A stretch of DNA of 10,401 nt from a bacterium (lineage in GTDB: Bacteria > Hydrothermota > 32-111): NCBI GenBank assembly GCA_046484245.1, contig JAWOBN010000043.1, positions 1 to 10,401 of the forward strand, in the 5' to 3' direction. Below the pieces are notes generated by a model that was not told where the DNA came from, did not search any database, and was given only the letters and a program-made list of their open reading frames with translations. A program made the position numbers and the translations under genes. Below, piece by piece: positions 4,978-10,401 of the stretch (positions are counted from its first letter, which is position 1; the number at the start of each line of letters is the position of its first letter).

Positions 4978-7455
4978 ATGGCAATCAGAAGAGAAAGGAT
5001 TCTTACAGCGAATATTGAAGATGAGATGAAGAAATCCTATATGGAATACGCCATGTCTGTTATTATAAGCAGGGCGCTTCCTGATGTGAGAGACGGTCTT
5101 AAACCGGTGCACAGGAGAATACTCTATGCAATGAAGGATATAGGCCTCTATCACAACAAACCATTCAAGAAATCAGCATCTGTTGTCGGCGAGGTGCTCG
5201 GCAAGTATCATCCGCACGGTGACGGTGCAATCTATGATTCACTGGTCAGGATGGCCCAGTACTTTTCACTGCGATATCCCCTTGTGCAGGGACAGGGCAA
5301 TTTCGGGTCAATATACGGAGACAATGCTGCAGCATACAGATACACAGAGGCGCGCCTCAATACAATAGCAGAGGATATGCTCAATGATATTGACAAGGGA
5401 ACAGTGGATTTCATTCCCAATTTTGATGATTCAACAACAGAGCCCACGGTTCTGCCCTCAGGTCTGCCCAATCTGCTTGTAAACGGCTCATCGGGTATTG
5501 CAGTGGGAATGGCCACCAATATACCGCCCCATAATATGGCAGAGGTGATAGACGGGACAATAGCATATATAGAAGACCCTGAAATAGACACAGAGGGTCT
5601 GATGAAATATATCAAGGGGCCTGATTTCCCCACAGGCGGAATCATACAGGGCATGCGCGGCATCAAGAAGGCATACGGCACAGGCAAAGGCAAGATAACC
5701 CTGAAAGCGAGGGTTAATTTTGAGCAGATGAAGAGGGACAAGGAAGCTATTGTCATAACAGAGGTTCCCTATCAGATCAATGTGACAAATCTCATTTCAA
5801 AAATAGCCAGTCTTGTAAACAGGAAGAAGATAACGGATATTTCAGATCTGCGCGATGAATCAGACAAGGAAGGCATGAGGATTGTCATTGAACTGAAGAG
5901 AGGGGCAAACAAGAAGGTTGTGCTCAATCAGCTGTTCAAGCACACCACACTCAAATCATCCTTCTCCATGCACCTTATAGCACTTGTGAACAATGAGCCG
6001 AAGGTTCTCACCCTAAAGGAGATAATCAGGCATTATGTTGACCACAGAAGGGAGATTGTCAGGAGAAGAACACAGTTTGATCTGGACAAGGCAGAGGCAA
6101 GAGCCCACATTGTTGAGGGCCTCAAGATTGCTGTTGCCAATATAGATGAGGTTGTCAGAATAATCAAGACAGCAGAGGACACGAATGATGCATCACTGAA
6201 ACTGCAGAAGAAATTTGAATTGTCCGAACTGCAGGCACAGGCAATACTTGACATGAAGCTGGGGCGCCTGACAGGCCTGGAGAGGGAGAAACTGGAGACA
6301 GAGTATATACAGCTTATCAAGATAATTGAGAAATACAGATTCATACTCTCATCAGACAAGCAGATACTTGAGGTTGTCAAGCAGGAGCTTGCAGAGATAA
6401 AAGAGAAATACGGAGACACCCGCCTTACTGAGATAATCCGGTCAGAGGATGAGGACCTTCTTATTGAGGACCTTATTGCAGATGAGAAGGTTATTGTGCA
6501 GATTTCGCACAACGGATATATAAAGAGGCAGTCCATATCCTCCTACAGGCGCCAGGCAAGGGGAGGAAAAGGTGTTGCGGGCATGAAGACGAGGAAGGAT
6601 GATTTCGCCGAGCGGATATTCATTGCCTCCACCCATCAGTACATACTGTTCTTCACTGACAAGGGCAATGTTTACTGGCTCAAGGTCTTCAAGGTGCCTG
6701 AAGGCGGCCGTCTTGCAAAGGGCAGGGCAATTGTCAATCTCCTGGAGATGGAGAAGGACGAGCATGTTGCAGGCCTTATACCGATAAAGAAATTCAAGGA
6801 TGACCATTACATACTCATGGTGACAAGGCAGGGTCTTGCCAAGAAGACAACACTTACAGATTACTCCAATCCGCGCAAGGGCGGTATTATTGCAATAAAC
6901 CTCAGGGATGGCGATAATGTTGCGGACATACATCTGACAGACGGTAACAAGGATGTTATTGTTGTGTCAAAGGAAGGCATGTCAATACGTTTCAGTGAAA
7001 AGGAAGTGCGTTCAACAGGCAGAAATACATCCGGTGTAAAGGCAATTAATCTCAGCAAGGATGATTTTGTTGTCAATACTGTGATAGTCAAACGCGAGAC
7101 CACATCACTCCTCATAGCAACAGAGAACGGTTACGGCAAACGGACTGCAATGAAGGAATTCAGAAGACAGTCAAGAGGCGGCAAGGGTGTTATAGGAATA
7201 AAGACAAACAAGAGAAACGGCAAAGTGGTCAATGCCATGGAGGTTCTGGATAATGAAGAGCTGCTTCTCATAGCACGCTCCGGACAGGTGATAAGGATGC
7301 CTGTCTCGGATGTGAGGGAAATAGGCAGGAACACGGCAGGTGTGCGCCTGATGAATCTCGGTGTTGATGACAAGCTCAATGATATTGCGATAATTGCAAA
7401 TGAAAACGAGATACCCGAAGAGGAGAATAATGGCCGGGAAAATGAAGAGGAGTGA
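4978..7455 (+). CDS. gyrA: DNA gyrase subunit A
   Basis: [22 protein letters not shown], catalytic RY122TEAR, GyrA-box QARGGKG, beta-pinwheel C-terminal repeats, acidic tail and AAGGAG ribosome-binding site. Confidence 0.97.
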   Translation: MAIRRERILTANIEDEMKKSYMEYAMSVIISRALPDVRDGLKPVHRRILYAMKDIGLYHNKPFKKSASVVGEVLGKYHPHGDGAIYDSLVRMAQYFSLRYPLVQGQGNFGSIYGDNAAAYRYTEARLNTIAEDMLNDIDKGTVDFIPNFDDSTTEPTVLPSGLPNLLVNGSSGIAVGMATNIPPHNMAEVIDGTIAYIEDPEIDTEGLMKYIKGPDFPTGGIIQGMRGIKKAYGTGKGKITLKARVNFEQMKRDKEAIVITEVPYQINVTNLISKIASLVNRKKITDISDLRDESDKEGMRIVIELKRGANKKVVLNQLFKHTTLKSSFSMHLIALVNNEPKVLTLKEIIRHYVDHRREIVRRRTQFDLDKAEARAHIVEGLKIAVANIDEVVRIIKTAEDTNDASLKLQKKFELSELQAQAILDMKLGRLTGLEREKLETEYIQLIKIIEKYRFILSSDKQILEVVKQELAEIKEKYGDTRLTEIIRSEDEDLLIEDLIADEKVIVQISHNGYIKRQSISSYRRQARGGKGVAGMKTRKDDFAERIFIASTHQYILFFTDKGNVYWLKVFKVPEGGRLAKGRAIVNLLEMEKDEHVAGLIPIKKFKDDHYILMVTRQGLAKKTTLTDYSNPRKGGIIAINLRDGDNVADIHLTDGNKDVIVVSKEGMSIRFSEKEVRSTGRNTSGVKAINLSKDDFVVNTVIVKRETTSLLIATENGYGKRTAMKEFRRQSRGGKGVIGIKTNKRNGKVVNAMEVLDNEELLLIARSGQVIRMPVSDVREIGRNTAGVRLMNLGVDDKLNDIAIIANENEIPEEENNGRENEEE

Positions 7456-8407
7456 AAAGATAAAGCATCTCCACAGGAGAATAGATGACACACTGTCCGG
7501 TATAATCATCGGGCAGAAGAAATTCATTGACTCCATTGTCATTACCCTGCTCTGCAACGGTCATTCCATTATTGTCGGTGTCCCCGGTCTGGCAAAGACA
7601 CTGACAGTCAATCTCCTCTCCAGGATGCTGGACATGGAGTTCAACAGGGTTCAGTTCACACCCGATCTGATGCCTTCCGATATTACAGGCACGATTGTGC
7701 TGAGGAAGAATGATGAGGAGGGTTATTACAAATTCATCAAGGGTCCTGTGTTCACCAATATACTGCTTGCTGACGAGATAAACAGAACACCGCCCAAGAC
7801 ACAGGCAGCACTGCTTCAGGCAATGGAGGAGCGGCTTGTCACTGCAGAGGGGAAACATTATACAATTGAGGAGCCCTTCAATGTCTTTGCAACACAAAAC
7901 CCCATTGAGCAGGAGGGCACATACCCCCTGCCGGAAGCCCAGCTGGACAGATTCATGTTTCAGATAAATGTTGAATATCCCGGCAGGGATGAGGAGATAA
8001 AGATAATATCAGACAGGACAATACACGAGACAATTGATATAAAGGAGAATCTGATTACCAGGGATGAGCTTCTGAAAATGCAGTCCATTGTCAGGGAGAT
8101 GCCTGCAGGTACGAATATTGTAAGAATTATTGCCGATATTGTGAGGGACACCAGGCCCCTGACAAGCCGCCTGGATAATGTCAGGGAATACATAAGATGG
8201 GGCGCATCCCCCAGGGCAGGAATGTATATACTGGCTGCATCCAAAGCAAGGGCAGGCATAGACGGCAGGCTGACGCCGGACAAGGAAGATGTCAGGGCAG
8301 TTGCGCCCGATGTACTGAGACACAGATTAATACTATCCTTCAAAGGAGAGATGGAGAATGTTGATAAAGAAGAGATTATCAGGGATATTGTCAGTAATTC
8401 TCTGTAG
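7442..8407 (+). CDS. moxR: MoxR family AAA+ ATPase
   Basis: Walker [24 protein letters not shown], Walker [51 protein letters not shown] and VLRHR. Start could be 7430 or 7442; both overlap the gyrA end. Confidence 0.93.
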   Translation: MKRSEKIKHLHRRIDDTLSGIIIGQKKFIDSIVITLLCNGHSIIVGVPGLAKTLTVNLLSRMLDMEFNRVQFTPDLMPSDITGTIVLRKNDEEGYYKFIKGPVFTNILLADEINRTPPKTQAALLQAMEERLVTAEGKHYTIEEPFNVFATQNPIEQEGTYPLPEAQLDRFMFQINVEYPGRDEEIKIISDRTIHETIDIKENLITRDELLKMQSIVREMPAGTNIVRIIADIVRDTRPLTSRLDNVREYIRWGASPRAGMYILAASKARAGIDGRLTPDKEDVRAVAPDVLRHRLILSFKGEMENVDKEEIIRDIVSNSL

Positions 8408-9557
8408 CATAATTCTGACCGGCCTGTTCTCGTCAGTTTACGGACAGGATTCCTTTCAGGAGAAGATAGAGACCAATGAGAAGAAGCTGCAGGAGATAAA
8501 GGAAAAACTGGAGAGGGTGAAGAGTGTTAATGACTCCATACAGATGCAGAGGACAAAGACACTGATGATACTCAATAGAATGGATGAGGAGATATACCTG
8601 ACAGACCTTCTTATAAAGGAACTGGAGAAGAGGGATTCCCTCCTTACAGTCAATATAGAGAATCTCAATAATGATATTGACTCACTGGAAGTGAAACTCA
8701 ATGAGAGGAAACAGAAGCTGCAGAGCCGCCTTGTAGATATGTACAAGAAGGGCAAGGTGCACACATTTGAAGTGGTGTTTACATCAGAGTCCTTCTCGGA
8801 GCTATCTGAAGGCATCAAGTATCTTTCCATGATAGCACGCCAGGATAAGATACTCTATGACAAGGTGAGAAGAACAAAAGACCTGCTGGATCTCAAGAAG
8901 CAGCAGCTTGAAATGAGCAGGGAGCAGCTGGAGATAGTGCAGGTGGAGGCTGACAGGGAGAAGGAGACACTGCAGATAGAGAAGAATAATAAACAGCAAT
9001 TCCTCGCAGAGCTATCCGGCAGGCAGAGCAAGCAGAAGGCACTTGAAAAGGAGCTCAATGAATCAAAGGAATCACTGCAGTATCTCATCAATAAACTGAG
9101 GGTTGCAAACAAGAAGATAACAAAGAAGAGGGATGTTGCAGAGGGCAAGCATTATTTTGACAGGAACAAGAAAAAGGTTGTCTGGCCTGTTGATGAATAC
9201 AGCATCATATCCCGGTTCGGATCAGTGAGGCATCCCAAGTATAATACACAAACAATAAATAACGGCATAGATCTCAAGGTTGATATGGGTGCGCCTGTTA
9301 TTGCTGTGTATGACGGGGATATCATATATGCGGACAAATTCCTCGGATACGGCAATGTGATAATGGTTGATCACGGAAACGGATACTACTCACTGTATGC
9401 GCATCTTGATGAAATGAATGTGATTCTCAATCAGCCTGTTATGGCAGGGGAGACAATAGGCACATGCGGTGACAGCGGTTCACTTTCAGGACCCATTCTC
9501 CACTTTGAGATAAGGAAAGACGGCAAGCCGCTCAACCCCCTCAATTTCCTCAAATAG
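8358..9557 (+). CDS. Murein hydrolase activator EnvC-like protein (coiled coil plus M23/LytM domain)
   Basis: Signal peptide, long coiled coil, and C-terminal WPV...NNGIDL...GYGNVIMVDHGNGYYSLYAHL...GPILHFEIRKDGKPLNP. Confidence 0.88.
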   Translation: MLIKKRLSGILSVILCSIILTGLFSSVYGQDSFQEKIETNEKKLQEIKEKLERVKSVNDSIQMQRTKTLMILNRMDEEIYLTDLLIKELEKRDSLLTVNIENLNNDIDSLEVKLNERKQKLQSRLVDMYKKGKVHTFEVVFTSESFSELSEGIKYLSMIARQDKILYDKVRRTKDLLDLKKQQLEMSREQLEIVQVEADREKETLQIEKNNKQQFLAELSGRQSKQKALEKELNESKESLQYLINKLRVANKKITKKRDVAEGKHYFDRNKKKVVWPVDEYSIISRFGSVRHPKYNTQTINNGIDLKVDMGAPVIAVYDGDIIYADKFLGYGNVIMVDHGNGYYSLYAHLDEMNVILNQPVMAGETIGTCGDSGSLSGPILHFEIRKDGKPLNPLNFLK

Positions 9558-9558
9558 T

Positions 9559-10401
9559 ATGTTTGAAGATATTTACGGTCATGAAAAGATAAAATCATAT
9601 CTTGAAAAGGTGATAGAAGACAAGAGATTCGCCAGTGCATATCTCTTTGCCGGTCCGCCTAAGGTGGGCAAATACACAACAGCTGTGGAATTTGCCAAAC
9701 ATATACTCGGCGGGAAGTATGCTCCGGAAATTGAGAAGTATATATTCCCGGACCTGACAGTTGTATTCCCCTTCCTCAAGAAGGACATAGACCTCAGGGA
9801 CGGCTATCTTGAGGCATTGCGGGGCTATCTCACTGACAAGAAGAAGCATGACGGGCCCAAGGAGCTGAAGGGCAATGAATCCATTCCCATAGATGTTGTG
9901 AGGGAGCTCATACAATATGCAGGCAGACAGACATATGTGTCTGACTACAAGGTCATTATAGTGAAGAATATTGAGAGAATGAGAAAAGAGGCATCCAACA
10001 GCTTTCTCAAGCTGCTGGAGGAACCCCCTGCAGATACTGTGCTCATACTCACTACTGATAATATCAATTACATACTGCCGACAATTATTTCCAGATGCCA
10101 GATACTCAAATTCGGTTATTTGTCGGACAATGCAATCAGGCAGTATATTGAAAGCAGCAGGAAGAAGATAAAAATCAGCGGTGAAATCAGTATGCTGAAC
10201 GGTACAATGAGGGATATCAGGCAATTGGAAATGCTGGAAAAGGCAAGCGCCAAGGTCAGGGACAAATTGCTTGAATATACTGACGGCAGGGAAAAGAAGG
10301 GCAAGGAAACACTGAATAAGAAAATTAACAGGAAAACAGCAGAGCATGTGGTGAAATCATCCGGTCTCTCCCGGGAGGAGATACAGTCTCTGGATCTGCC
10401 C
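9559..10401 (+). CDS. holB: DNA polymerase III subunit delta' (3' truncated)
   Basis: Manual translation from ATG 9559 is open to the window end: MFEDIYGHEKIKSYL...AYLFAGPPKVGK...FPDL...IPIDVVREL...KVIIVKNIERMRKEASNSFLKLLEEPP...LPTIISRCQ. It is absent from the ORF track because it has no stop in the window. Confidence 0.88.
   Translation, partial: MFEDIYGHEKIKSYLEKVIEDKRFASAYLFAGPPKVGKYTTAVEFAKHILGGKYAPEIEKYIFPDLTVVFPFLKKDIDLRDGYLEALRGYLTDKKKHDGPKELKGNESIPIDVVRELIQYAGRQTYVSDYKVIIVKNIERMRKEASNSFLKLLEEPPADTVLILTTDNINYILPTIISRCQILKFGYLSDNAIRQYIESSRKKIKISGEISMLNGTMRDIRQLEMLEKASAKVRDKLLEYTDGREKKGKETLNKKINRKTAEHVVKSSGLSREEIQSLDLP

Noticed and set aside
4978..7455. Topoisomerase IV subunit ParC
   Set aside because: An intact GyrA-box (QARGGKG), full-length C-terminal domain and acidic tail favour GyrA.
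9595..10347. 250-aa minus-strand ORF
   Set aside because: Antisense shadow of holB, which has clear motifs on the + strand. The other antisense or nested ORFs over gyrA, moxR, envC and the esterase are rejected for the same reason.

Overview
Bacterial chromosomal window. The right half (4294-10401) is a tightly packed + strand operon: Smr-domain protein, small lipoprotein, gyrA, MoxR AAA+ ATPase, EnvC/M23-family coiled-coil protein and a 3'-truncated holB (missing from the ORF track). The left end is the 3' part of a tocopherol-cyclase-family gene. Between them is a ~3.45 kb accessory segment (762-4210) with three genes: a lipoprotein (-), a secreted TPR/alpha-beta-hydrolase fusion (+) and a four-helix-bundle (Avd-like) protein (+). 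This segment is bracketed by two non-coding mosaic repeat arrays (733-1324 and 3810-4210). Both arrays are built from shared modules (GTC-tagged and GTAG-tagged REP-like hairpins, several period-7 and period-9 short tandem repeats) that mostly occur in opposite orientation and shuffled order, and their outer ~104 bp form an ungapped imperfect inverted repeat. No transposase, integrase, reverse transcriptase or cas gene is present. The repeat-bounded cassette and its period-conserved repeats are the most unusual signal; any mechanism is inference.
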